A stretch of 64,000 nucleotides of DNA from a virus (lineage: Duplodnaviria; Caudoviricetes), in the IMG/VR virus record IMGVR_UViG_3300031998_000003, positions 32,001-96,000 of that record. One strand, written 5' to 3'. Position numbers and translations under genes: made by a program. The notes beneath the pieces were generated by a model. That model was given only the letters and a program-made list of their open reading frames with translations, searched no databases and had not been told where the DNA came from. Below are positions 1 through 8,451 of this stretch, piece by piece; positions within the stretch are counted from its first letter, which is position 1, and each line of letters opens with the position of its first letter.

Positions 1-1479
1 TGAAATGGAACTGTTTTGATACCAATATCCATTGTCAGATCTATACCATGTCTCATTGTTATATGTGAATGCTACTGGATTGCTAGTATAGCCTCTAGTA
101 TTATATTTAACTGCTTCCGGATTTTTTGAGAATAATACAGGACCATTCCAGTTATTGTTGTAATGTGATGCAACAAACGCATATTTTGGTAGAGCAGCAC
201 GTTCACTCGTCAAAGTAAAACTTCTACCAATATAGCCTAAATCTGTTTCATCAATAGAGTAATACTCACTTGAAGTATCGTAATCTGAATCAATTGATTC
301 AGTTCGAATGTTGATACCGTTACCAGCAGTATAACCAGCACCGCCTGTTGCGCTCAGCACACCGTTTTGATCAATCGAAAGATTATCACCTATTTTCACA
401 CCACCAAGCGTATTGGATGATGCTGTTGGCAGCGTATAGTTTTCCAGCCCAGCTAGTTTGGTTTGTTCCTCTGTCGTATAAGATGCAGTCGTGTTATCTA
501 ACACACTTTTGTTTGTGTGAGTATGTGAACTTTCTTCCAGGGTCGTTACACGTCCTGACAATGCGGTATCATCATAATTCTCTAAACCGGCAAGTTTGGT
601 CTTTTCTACGGATGTATATGAAGCCGTCGTTGCATCTAATATAGCTTTATTGGCATGCGTATGAGCAACATTTTCCAAGTTTGAAATGCGGCGTTTGACT
701 TCAGTATCATCATACGGCGGTACAATAATACCACTTGTATCGACTGACACTCTTCCGTTAGAATCAATTAATAGACCTTCACCGATAATGATGCCACCAA
801 GCGAATGTCTTGTTGCAATGGGTAACACATATTTGTTTGCATTTGGTTCAATACCAGATAATTTTACAGCAAGTTCCGTTGTGAATGGAGCTGTGATCGA
901 ATCAATAATTGATTTATTCAGGTGAATGTGTTTTGCTTGTTCCAGCAGCGTGACACGTTTTGCTAACTCATTCGCAGTTTTCTGAACAGCAGCAAGTTCT
1001 TCCTTTGTCGCAAATTTCGATACGTCAATATCAATTGCAGATGACAACGGATCCCAACGATTATTGAACCAAACATATTCAATATATGCTTTTCCATCCG
1101 GAGTCACCTTCGCCATTTTAACAAAGCGGATATCACCATCTTTGTTACCAGTCTTTGGTAATGCTGATGCGGATGGGAGAATCGGACCTAATACACGAAC
1201 ATACGGTTGTTTGTCCATATAAGCAATTACGGTTGCTTCAGACGTATCTTCGACAAGTTTCTTTACTTCTTCTTTTGTAAAGTATTTCGAAATATCGATG
1301 TTTGCACCGATGTAAGGAAGTTGTGAATAATACTTATTACCTTCACCAATTTTGATTCGAGTATTTCCATCTGGAGTTAATTCAACGCACAGAACACCAC
1401 GTGGAACAACGTAACTTTGAACAGCACGTTCTTTCCATTGGTCTGTTCGTTTTACAATATGAATATTCGAATCATCCAT
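1..1479 (-). CDS. Tail fibre/receptor-binding protein, runs off the window start (partial)
   Basis: Not in the ORF track. ATG at 1479 follows RBS GAAAGGAG and the frame is open at both ends I translated. N-terminus MDDSNIHIVKRTDQW...RIKIGEG resembles the Mtd_N/hyaluronidase-N domain. Also has HxH repeats (HIHLNK, HTHANK, HTHKTK) and LGGIIIGEGL/LGGVKIGDNL fibre repeats. Confidence 0.75.
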   Translation of the reverse strand, partial: MDDSNIHIVKRTDQWKERAVQSYVVPRGVLCVELTPDGNTRIKIGEGNKYYSQLPYIGANIDISKYFTKEEVKKLVEDTSEATVIAYMDKQPYVRVLGPILPSASALPKTGNKDGDIRFVKMAKVTPDGKAYIEYVWFNNRWDPLSSAIDIDVSKFATKEELAAVQKTANELAKRVTLLEQAKHIHLNKSIIDSITAPFTTELAVKLSGIEPNANKYVLPIATRHSLGGIIIGEGLLIDSNGRVSVDTSGIIVPPYDDTEVKRRISNLENVAHTHANKAILDATTASYTSVEKTKLAGLENYDDTALSGRVTTLEESSHTHTNKSVLDNTTASYTTEEQTKLAGLENYTLPTASSNTLGGVKIGDNLSIDQNGVLSATGGAGYTAGNGINIRTESIDSDYDTSSEYYSIDETDLGYIGRSFTLTSERAALPKYAFVASHYNNNWNGPVLFSKNPEAVKYNTRGYTSNPVAFTYNNETWYRSDNGYWYQNSSIS

Positions 1480-1502
1480 GTCAATCTCTCCTTTCATAGG
1501 AT

Positions 1503-1516
1503 TTAATGAAGCGTTT
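1503..1516 (-). promoter_or_regulatory. Putative late promoter AAAC-N7-TAA
   Basis: AAACGCTTCATTAA upstream of the tail fibre gene; same pattern at 6156, 16438 and 60868. Confidence 0.5.
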
Positions 1517-1524
1517 TCAGTAAA

Positions 1525-1548
1525 TGGGCGGGGCATTTGCCCCACCCA
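1525..1548 (-). terminator. GC hairpin after the endolysin
   Basis: tgggcggggc-attt-gccccaccca. Confidence 0.5.
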
Positions 1549-1557
1549 CTACTATTA

Positions 1558-2460
1558 TCATTTCATCAACGCTTCACGAGTTTCGAGATTACATGTTGCT
1601 GTCAGTTTCAGTTTCTGATCCCATTGGAATCCGAGGACTGCAGACATCGTCTTCTTCCCGAAGTCACCGTCATCTTCACCCTTCGTGAGATATCCCTTTG
1701 CGATCAGCTGTTGCTGGAGCCACTTCACATCATCACCGTTGTCACCACGTTTCAGCTCTTTGACATCCTCAGTCAAGAGCACCCAACCAACACCGGACTT
1801 CAGCTTACCGTATTTCAGTGAACCGATTGTGGTTTCTTGTACGATCGTGTAGATACTCTCGACAGAAATCATGCTGACCTGTTCGACCTTGTTGTCATCG
1901 ATACGGAAGATTTTGGTACCGAACGGAAGCCGCTTCGTATATGGCTTGAAAGGTTCGGGTTCTGGACCATTCGGTTGTAAAACAAATCCGAGGAACATGT
2001 AACCTGAACCTGCTCCCCAGTTTCCGTCACTGCCCTTCTTTCTGTTTGTCGTCCAGAATGCATTTGGACAATCGTATCCAGACTCGGATGTCACAATGGA
2101 TCCGTCAGCATTAATCTGTTCGACGATGGCGACATGTCCTGCGCCATCTTTGTAGCTGAGTGTGGGGCCTGCTTGCCATACAATGATGGCACCAAGCTGT
2201 GGATTCTGTGAAGTTTTCAATCCGTGCTGAATGCCGTTTGCATACATATTCTCTGCGTTGATTGGATCAATCAGTGAGAATTTTGTATCACCAGCAATCT
2301 CATGGAAACGTCCACAAGCATATCCAACACAATTGTGAAGTACATTGCAATCCGGATCTGTTGGACTACCCAAGATCGCAGTACTGTATCCACCGCTGTC
2401 TTTGCGGATATAGTACTTGTTACCCTTTTCAGGTCTCGTGAGTCTCGGTTTAAATGCCAT
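1558..2460 (-). CDS. Endolysin: CHAP amidase + SH3-like + PG-binding domain
   Basis: NCVGYACGR and GHVAIVEQ...SESG CHAP motifs; YTIVQE...GKLKSGVGWV SH3-like segment; LKRGDNGDDVKWLQQQL...DGDFG PG_binding_1. Start moved to the ATG after AGAAAGGA. Confidence 0.9.
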   Translation of the reverse strand: MAFKPRLTRPEKGNKYYIRKDSGGYSTAILGSPTDPDCNVLHNCVGYACGRFHEIAGDTKFSLIDPINAENMYANGIQHGLKTSQNPQLGAIIVWQAGPTLSYKDGAGHVAIVEQINADGSIVTSESGYDCPNAFWTTNRKKGSDGNWGAGSGYMFLGFVLQPNGPEPEPFKPYTKRLPFGTKIFRIDDNKVEQVSMISVESIYTIVQETTIGSLKYGKLKSGVGWVLLTEDVKELKRGDNGDDVKWLQQQLIAKGYLTKGEDDGDFGKKTMSAVLGFQWDQKLKLTATCNLETREALMK

Positions 2461-2488
2461 GGTAACCATCCTTTCTATTTGAATATAA

Positions 2489-3169
2489 TCAATCAGTTGC
2501 TGTGCTGATCGCAAGATATCCATCCGTGATGTATTCAACACCATCGAGTGTGAATGTTCCGAAGTTCAATGCATATGCTGTATCACGAATGATCATGAAC
2601 GCTTTTGGTGTAACACTCTTGGTACCAAGATTTGCATTTGTAGCAAACGCCTGTAAAACGGTTTGTGTACCAACTTCGGATGTGACCGGTGTAGTTGTAT
2701 TAAATGATGGATTATCCCCATACGCTATGTGACGAAACGGTTTGGTGAAACTGGCACTACCCTGCGCGAAATCTACTCCGATGTATGCCGGCACGCCATT
2801 GTTTGTTTTGGTTATCATGAAATGCATCTGATAAGCATATCCGTTAGAGGTTGTAGCAGTTCCTTGGACAATAATACCATTTTCGCAACCGATATAATTT
2901 GTCACATTCTGTTCGCTGGAATGTATAAGCAGATTAACTTCGGCTAAAGTCACATAATCATTCGGACTTCGGTAGACCCTGTAATAGCCTGGAGTTGACG
3001 AACCGTCTGGTCTGTCGGAAAATTCCATCATGATATGCCTATCGGCATCCAAGCACATGATTTGATTATTCGGACCCAGTTCAACCGATGCAAAAATACT
3101 TGGAACCAATGTATCTAATAACTGTTTGAACTGGTTTGCGTTTTTCAGTACTCCTCGAACAATTGCCAT
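2489..3169 (-). CDS. Hypothetical virion protein
   Basis: ORF in the structural operon, beta-rich composition. Confidence 0.6.
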   Translation of the reverse strand: MAIVRGVLKNANQFKQLLDTLVPSIFASVELGPNNQIMCLDADRHIMMEFSDRPDGSSTPGYYRVYRSPNDYVTLAEVNLLIHSSEQNVTNYIGCENGIIVQGTATTSNGYAYQMHFMITKTNNGVPAYIGVDFAQGSASFTKPFRHIAYGDNPSFNTTTPVTSEVGTQTVLQAFATNANLGTKSVTPKAFMIIRDTAYALNFGTFTLDGVEYITDGYLAISTATD

Positions 3170-3174
3170 TATTA

Positions 3175-3549
3175 TCACTCACTTTCTGTATTCGTACGAT
3201 GACCTGCGAGAGTAACTTCGGCAGAGCCATATTTTGATTTTGGAGCATATCCGGCGGTGTAACCATCACCGGTACCACCGCCTCCACCTCCTCCTCCGCC
3301 ACCGCCACCACTGTGTGGATCTTCATCCGGAAAGTATTCATAAATGTTTTCACCATTTACGATCTTTCCTGTGTTAGAGTCGGTGATCAGATACTGAGGA
3401 AAATTGATGAGAAATGATATCTGTTCGTAGGTCGCAACGTATCCTTTCACAGGATTCGGTTGGTTGATGATTGCAATATTGATCGCACGCATTGAAGGAA
3501 CCGAAATATCAGTTACATCAATCTTCAAAGTTTCATCAGCCATTATCAA
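3175..3549 (-). CDS. Hypothetical protein with poly-Gly tract
   Basis: ORF coupled to its neighbours; run of 12 glycines. Confidence 0.65.
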   Translation of the reverse strand: MIMADETLKIDVTDISVPSMRAINIAIINQPNPVKGYVATYEQISFLINFPQYLITDSNTGKIVNGENIYEYFPDEDPHSGGGGGGGGGGGGTGDGYTAGYAPKSKYGSAEVTLAGHRTNTESE

Positions 3550-4799
3550 TCACCAACTTCCGCATCAACTGGTTGGATGAATGTAAGCGGAATCAGTTTG
3601 CCGAGTGCAATATCAGCATTGAATGCCTGTTCAACAGTGACAGACTCGTCATCCGTTGTGGTATATGCTTCAGTGGTCTGATATACAGTACCAGGTTCGA
3701 GCCATGTGATAACTCCCTTATGGAAGTAATGGCTCTTCACATATTCCTCGGAAGTGTAGTAGATGTTCTCAACACGGTGAGCTAGTGCCTCGATGGTAGC
3801 ATCCTGTTCCTCGATACGTGCGGTCAATGCAGTAATCGTTTCGGACATCGAAGTGATTGCATTCCGCATTGTCTCGATTACATCTTCCATCGGCTCATAC
3901 AGCGCGGACCATACGTCATATACATTACCAGCAATGATCATGTTGGAAGTGTATACATTGAACGAAATCTTGAGACGTGTTGTGATATTTGCCTGGAAGG
4001 TTGTAGACCAGTTCAGATTTGAAGCAGCCACCAAGACGACTTCATCTTCCTGTGTTGCATTAATTGTGTCAACTTGCTGACTGATCTTGGTGTCGTTCTG
4101 TGTGAATGCATAGAACGGATTCAGTCCTTCCGTAATATGATTCTTTGTGATGATCTTTCTACCGTATACTTCGATACGATCCAGACGCAGGATATACATA
4201 CCAGCATAATCCATCGCCGGAATATTCGTCACCATCATATTTGAGATGGACTCGACGAAATAATCCATGACGTCTGTGTAGTGGAACTTACCGATCGTAT
4301 TGCTGGACTGAACGGAGTTGGTATATACAACACCACCCTGTTCGTCCAGAACTGTGAACAAGATCTTCACTTGGAAGCCACTCTTCAGAATGGAAAGAAC
4401 ATGATCATTGGTCTCAAACTGAGAACCGATTTTATTGCAGAGGAATGAATACAACGAGTCATTTGTGATGATGTTGCCTTCAGTCAGATCGAATGTACCA
4501 ATGAGATTGATACAAGACATATCACTGCGTCTTGTTACCTGAGTGCGGACATTCTCAGAGACGCTGATCTTTGTACCGTACTCAAACAGATCACGCTGAA
4601 TCAGAAGCGGATCGTTGTTTACGATCGTGAACAGACTGCCGTTGATCATTCCCGCAGTCGGAATCTTCGAGTTGTCCGGATTCGGTTGATACATCTGATG
4701 GCAGCAATCACATGCATAGTTTCCATTCATCATAAATGGATAGGTACGCGGAACCGGAACGCGTCCACCGCATCCGCAGCCAATTGTCATTTCGTTCAT
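3546..4799 (-). CDS. Putative virion structural protein with coiled coil
   Basis: 417-aa ORF with heptad segment MRNAITSMSETITALTARIEEQDATIEAL. Confidence 0.65.
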   Translation of the reverse strand: MNEMTIGCGCGGRVPVPRTYPFMMNGNYACDCCHQMYQPNPDNSKIPTAGMINGSLFTIVNNDPLLIQRDLFEYGTKISVSENVRTQVTRRSDMSCINLIGTFDLTEGNIITNDSLYSFLCNKIGSQFETNDHVLSILKSGFQVKILFTVLDEQGGVVYTNSVQSSNTIGKFHYTDVMDYFVESISNMMVTNIPAMDYAGMYILRLDRIEVYGRKIITKNHITEGLNPFYAFTQNDTKISQQVDTINATQEDEVVLVAASNLNWSTTFQANITTRLKISFNVYTSNMIIAGNVYDVWSALYEPMEDVIETMRNAITSMSETITALTARIEEQDATIEALAHRVENIYYTSEEYVKSHYFHKGVITWLEPGTVYQTTEAYTTTDDESVTVEQAFNADIALGKLIPLTFIQPVDAEVGD

Positions 4800-4811
4800 G
4801 GGATACCCTCC

Positions 4812-6104
4812 TTATTTGATTTTGAGTGTTTGTTTGATAATATAGATGATAATCGGTGTCCACAAGAAGACTTCCTTCGACATCGAGTTATCAAATAATT
4901 GATCGCCGGTGTACAATGACAAATCATGAATCGAACGGATCTTTCCATGAATGAAATCGTGAATCATTGACACGTAGTCATACCGTCTGAGTTTGAAATG
5001 TCTGATACATGTGTCGCGGAATTTGCAACACTGACAGTCACATGTTTGACAATGTCTGGTGTCATTTTCAGCTTCCAGAATTTGATAGACTTCTTCTGGA
5101 AAATAGAACTCACAATCCGGTGCTTGACACCAAGTATCACCAGGCATCATAACCGAAACATCGTCTCCATAGTTATAGAAAGATGAATTCGGGAATGCCA
5201 ATGATGTCATGAGTTTATACTTAAATCGATCAAGATAACGAATCGGTGCATCTCGTTCGATCCATTTATAAACCGATCTCTGATAATAGTAATCAGCCGT
5301 ATTGGAGTTCATTTTGTTCTCATTCAACACGATATTTCCATGAGCATTGTCACGGATCATGATGCCGTGTTTTGCCATGAATGTGTTCCCACACATATCA
5401 AACAGAGTCATGCCGTTCAGATGCAGGACGAAACAGTTATGTGTATGATCGTAATAGTTGGAAATGTAGTTTTCAACCATATCATCAACCATACGAATCA
5501 AACGACTCCGAAGCTCGTAATCTTCTTTACCGATAACAGGTGTCAGATCTTCTGCACCAACAGTCTGTAGATCACATTTATAATGACCAACAACCTGACG
5601 ACGGAGTTGTTCGATTTCACTCGGTTGTGTTGTGAACAACGAATATGAGATTCGATAAGAACCATCTGTGTTCAGACCATCTTGTGTGACTTCCGTAACA
5701 CGAATCAGATGTGTCATCTTCAGATGATTCACGATGAAGAAATCGTTTTCTTTTGGCATTACCGTTCCAGGAATGATGAATGCATCTCCAGAAAGATTGT
5801 AATTGCGGACTGTTGTTGACGGAGTTGTTCCATTCTCCGGATTCAACGGTGACATTCCGAGAAGTGGGAAGTCTTCAATCTCGTTCCATCTGATAGGAGA
5901 ATCGATTCCGAGAATCTGATATGCGTCGTTCAGTCCCAGAGAATCTGTTGTATTCTGATCATCGATTGAGAAGTATGTAACAATTGTTCGCCCAGCTCCA
6001 GTATACTTATTGATTCTGGAATGAAGCCATTTATCATATTTATACATCTGACCGTTGACCAATGAATTTTCGTCATAAATCAATTGCGGCATTTTTCTCA
6101 CCAC
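4812..6104 (-). CDS. Putative virion structural protein
   Basis: 430-aa first gene of the operon, downstream of a late-type promoter; Cys cluster CQTCDCQCCKFRDTC. Confidence 0.65.
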   Translation of the reverse strand: MVRKMPQLIYDENSLVNGQMYKYDKWLHSRINKYTGAGRTIVTYFSIDDQNTTDSLGLNDAYQILGIDSPIRWNEIEDFPLLGMSPLNPENGTTPSTTVRNYNLSGDAFIIPGTVMPKENDFFIVNHLKMTHLIRVTEVTQDGLNTDGSYRISYSLFTTQPSEIEQLRRQVVGHYKCDLQTVGAEDLTPVIGKEDYELRSRLIRMVDDMVENYISNYYDHTHNCFVLHLNGMTLFDMCGNTFMAKHGIMIRDNAHGNIVLNENKMNSNTADYYYQRSVYKWIERDAPIRYLDRFKYKLMTSLAFPNSSFYNYGDDVSVMMPGDTWCQAPDCEFYFPEEVYQILEAENDTRHCQTCDCQCCKFRDTCIRHFKLRRYDYVSMIHDFIHGKIRSIHDLSLYTGDQLFDNSMSKEVFLWTPIIIYIIKQTLKIK

Positions 6105-6155
6105 ACTTTCTTGATGATAATTTTGTAAACATGTCGGACTGTTATATCCCGACAG

Positions 6156-6169
6156 TTACAATGCGGTTT
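6156..6169 (-). promoter_or_regulatory. Putative late promoter
   Basis: AAACCGCATTGTAA (AAAC-N7-TAA). Confidence 0.45.
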
Positions 6170-6195
6170 CAATTTATTTTTCTTCTTCTACGTGC

Positions 6196-6212
6196 ATATA
6201 TCATTCAAGTGA
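6196..6212 (+). promoter_or_regulatory. Putative early promoter
   Basis: ATATATCATT-CAA-GTGA; motif shared with 16478, 24049, 55403 and 60900. Confidence 0.55.
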
Positions 6213-6260
6213 ATACAGGGAAACCATATCAAAGCTTGTATTCAGAAAGGAAGTGCTATC

Positions 6261-6899
6261 ATGATTCGAATCAGAATCAATCAGAAAAAGGTGTCAGACG
6301 TGACATCTATGAACGCTAAAGGTTGGCGTGTGTCAATATACCGGGATGCAAATCCATTGAATGAAATGGCTACTGTTGAGAAGGACGCCATCAAATTCAT
6401 GCTCAGTATCATGCATCCGGCCGTCCTTCAAAATGGAACCAGCGCCCATACGGTGAATGCGGTACAGATCAAGAAGTATGTACATGGGTATTTCACAGAC
6501 TCCAAAATCTTCATGGATACTGGATCTGGAATCAACGGCACTATATGTATCTCCGAAGGAAAATGTGTTGAGACAACATATGCATTCTTCAGATCCGAAG
6601 AGCTGCAAAAAATAATTGACGATTATGGACTGAAAAGGGTATCATTCCCAAAAGACATCTCAGGTTATTCGTTTGACAAAATCGTCCCATCACCGGCAAA
6701 CCTGCCTGAAACAAAAGCATCATTGCCACCGTTCCATACAGATGGGTCGTATGAGAAATATAAGACTGAAGATGGTAATGTTGCATGGCGGATCCATGGC
6801 GCATCGTATGTATACGAATATAATACGTGCACATTGACGATCCCATGGGAATACAACATACTCCGTGTGAGAGAATTCATGGATGCGCTAACATCATAA
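6261..6899 (+). CDS. Hypothetical protein
   Basis: 212-aa ORF with RBS GAAAGGAAG. Confidence 0.75.
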   Translation: MIRIRINQKKVSDVTSMNAKGWRVSIYRDANPLNEMATVEKDAIKFMLSIMHPAVLQNGTSAHTVNAVQIKKYVHGYFTDSKIFMDTGSGINGTICISEGKCVETTYAFFRSEELQKIIDDYGLKRVSFPKDISGYSFDKIVPSPANLPETKASLPPFHTDGSYEKYKTEDGNVAWRIHGASYVYEYNTCTLTIPWEYNILRVREFMDALTS

Positions 6900-6905
6900 G
6901 GAGGA

Positions 6906-8093
6906 ATGATCGCAATGGCCGATCAAATCAAATATAACTATCCCGTTGCACAATTGGATGAAATCATTCAAAAGATAAACGACGGGATTCAACCAATGAT
7001 GACACCGGATCTTGAAGCCGAAGTGCGTCTTCGTATACGTGAGCTGCAACATCAGATCGATGATGATGGTGATTGGGATGACGAATTTCAGGAAGCGATA
7101 TCTCAGCATAAGAAAGTTATGAACAAAATCGAAGATGAGCGTCGAAAGGCTCGATCGAGAAATGTCATTGAACTTGAGCTGACAGAAGAAGAGCTTTCAG
7201 AAATTCGCGATGGATGTTCCGTGATGTATGTCCGTAATGATCCGAATTCCAAGTATAACATATCCGAAGATAAGCTTGCATCGTCTGCGGAAGAAGCTGA
7301 AATTCGCAGACGTTTGGAATCTCTGGGTAAGGTGTATTATCATGCAGAAGATTTCAAGAATGCAATGAAAATCATCACGGATGCAATTGAATATTCATTG
7401 AAACATGAGTATCCGTGGATGAGTTATCAGGAGGCTGTCGAAGCCTTCAAAGCTGGACGTATTAAATATAGCTTCGGTGATCTCCCGACATTGTTCATCG
7501 GATTTGATAAACAGATTACGGATCCGAAAACACTTGCCGGCATTGTAAGTGGAGAAATAAAGTTGGTTGATGAAGATGAAGTTAAGCCGAAGAAGAAGAA
7601 ACGTAAGAAAGCTGAAGAGATGGAAGGTGTATATGTCGATATCGATATTATCGGTGATGCCGAGCATAAAATGTATGTCGATATGCATAACGCTGGCTGG
7701 GATACTCCGATCTCACTCATGCTAAAAGCTTCGTCTACGCTTTATAATAGATATGTCATGCCTCCATCTGCAACATGGTTTGGTGATAAGAAACCGCAGA
7801 AGCCGATCGAAATTGATTGGGCTGCTCCTGGCGCAGGTGAACAATATTATGACATGCTTCATGACATCAAGCATAATCAGACAAATGAAATTGTGGCCGC
7901 ATTACAGGATGCAAATGGTCGCCAGTTGAATCAAGTAATCGGTGATTCGTTACGGCAATTCCCTGTATTGTGGAAGGGTGGACCTGAACCTGAGAAGTTT
8001 GTTCTGTCGACCAGTCTCGAGGAGAATCAGCAGGCTGTTGCAATTGAACAGAATATCTTAAATCGTATCAGGCAAAACAACCCTAATTTATAA
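6906..8093 (+). CDS. Hypothetical protein, acidic/coiled-coil with a Lys tract
   Basis: 395-aa ORF with RBS GGAGG. Confidence 0.8.
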   Translation: MIAMADQIKYNYPVAQLDEIIQKINDGIQPMMTPDLEAEVRLRIRELQHQIDDDGDWDDEFQEAISQHKKVMNKIEDERRKARSRNVIELELTEEELSEIRDGCSVMYVRNDPNSKYNISEDKLASSAEEAEIRRRLESLGKVYYHAEDFKNAMKIITDAIEYSLKHEYPWMSYQEAVEAFKAGRIKYSFGDLPTLFIGFDKQITDPKTLAGIVSGEIKLVDEDEVKPKKKKRKKAEEMEGVYVDIDIIGDAEHKMYVDMHNAGWDTPISLMLKASSTLYNRYVMPPSATWFGDKKPQKPIEIDWAAPGAGEQYYDMLHDIKHNQTNEIVAALQDANGRQLNQVIGDSLRQFPVLWKGGPEPEKFVLSTSLEENQQAVAIEQNILNRIRQNNPNL

Positions 8094-8097
8094 AATG

Positions 8098-8340
8098 CCG
8101 ACCCCACGTTCGAGTAGGTCGGGTGGTTCAGTCACCACGTCTTCAACAAACATACCTCGAACGTGACGCTCTTGGACTTAACTCCTTGGACAAGGGCACA
8201 TACCCGGGTGGGATCCCAACTCCTGCCCGGGAACTTGATATTTCCAGAACCCGTACTGAGTTTCGCGATCTCTCAGTATTGGGGCTTGCCATAGAATCGG
8301 GGGCGGTGACTGAACCACCGCCCCGACTCTTCTTTTTTTT
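8098..8340 (+). ncRNA. Unknown structured RNA (pseudoknot and complementary loops) ending in an intrinsic terminator
   Basis: GC-rich intergenic region with several perfect complementarities (see findings) and a terminal hairpin followed by a U tract. Confidence 0.55.
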
Positions 8341-8412
8341 TACCCTAAAATAAGCATAATACACGTATGCCTAGGGCTCTACAGAGCAGAGTCCGAATTT
8401 CTTCATCATTAT

Positions 8413-8450
8413 AGAAAAGGGGTGGGGCTTTCGCCCCACCCTCCCTTTCT
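8413..8450. terminator. Terminator hairpin between convergent units
   Basis: gggtggggc-tttc-gccccaccc with an A-rich left flank. Confidence 0.7.
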
Positions 8451-8451
8451 A

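Noticed and set aside
3278-3312. Poly-Gly codon tract as a contingency repeat
   Set aside because: Mixed GGN codons indicate a protein-level linker, not a slippage microsatellite.
8098-8340. tRNA, tmRNA or hammerhead identity for the structured region
   Set aside because: No cloverleaf or CCA end, no tmRNA termini, and the CUGANGA core is not matched.
8123-8364. 76-aa and 73-aa ORFs in the GC-rich intergenic region
   Set aside because: No RBS, and both cross the terminator; the pairing pattern favours an RNA element.
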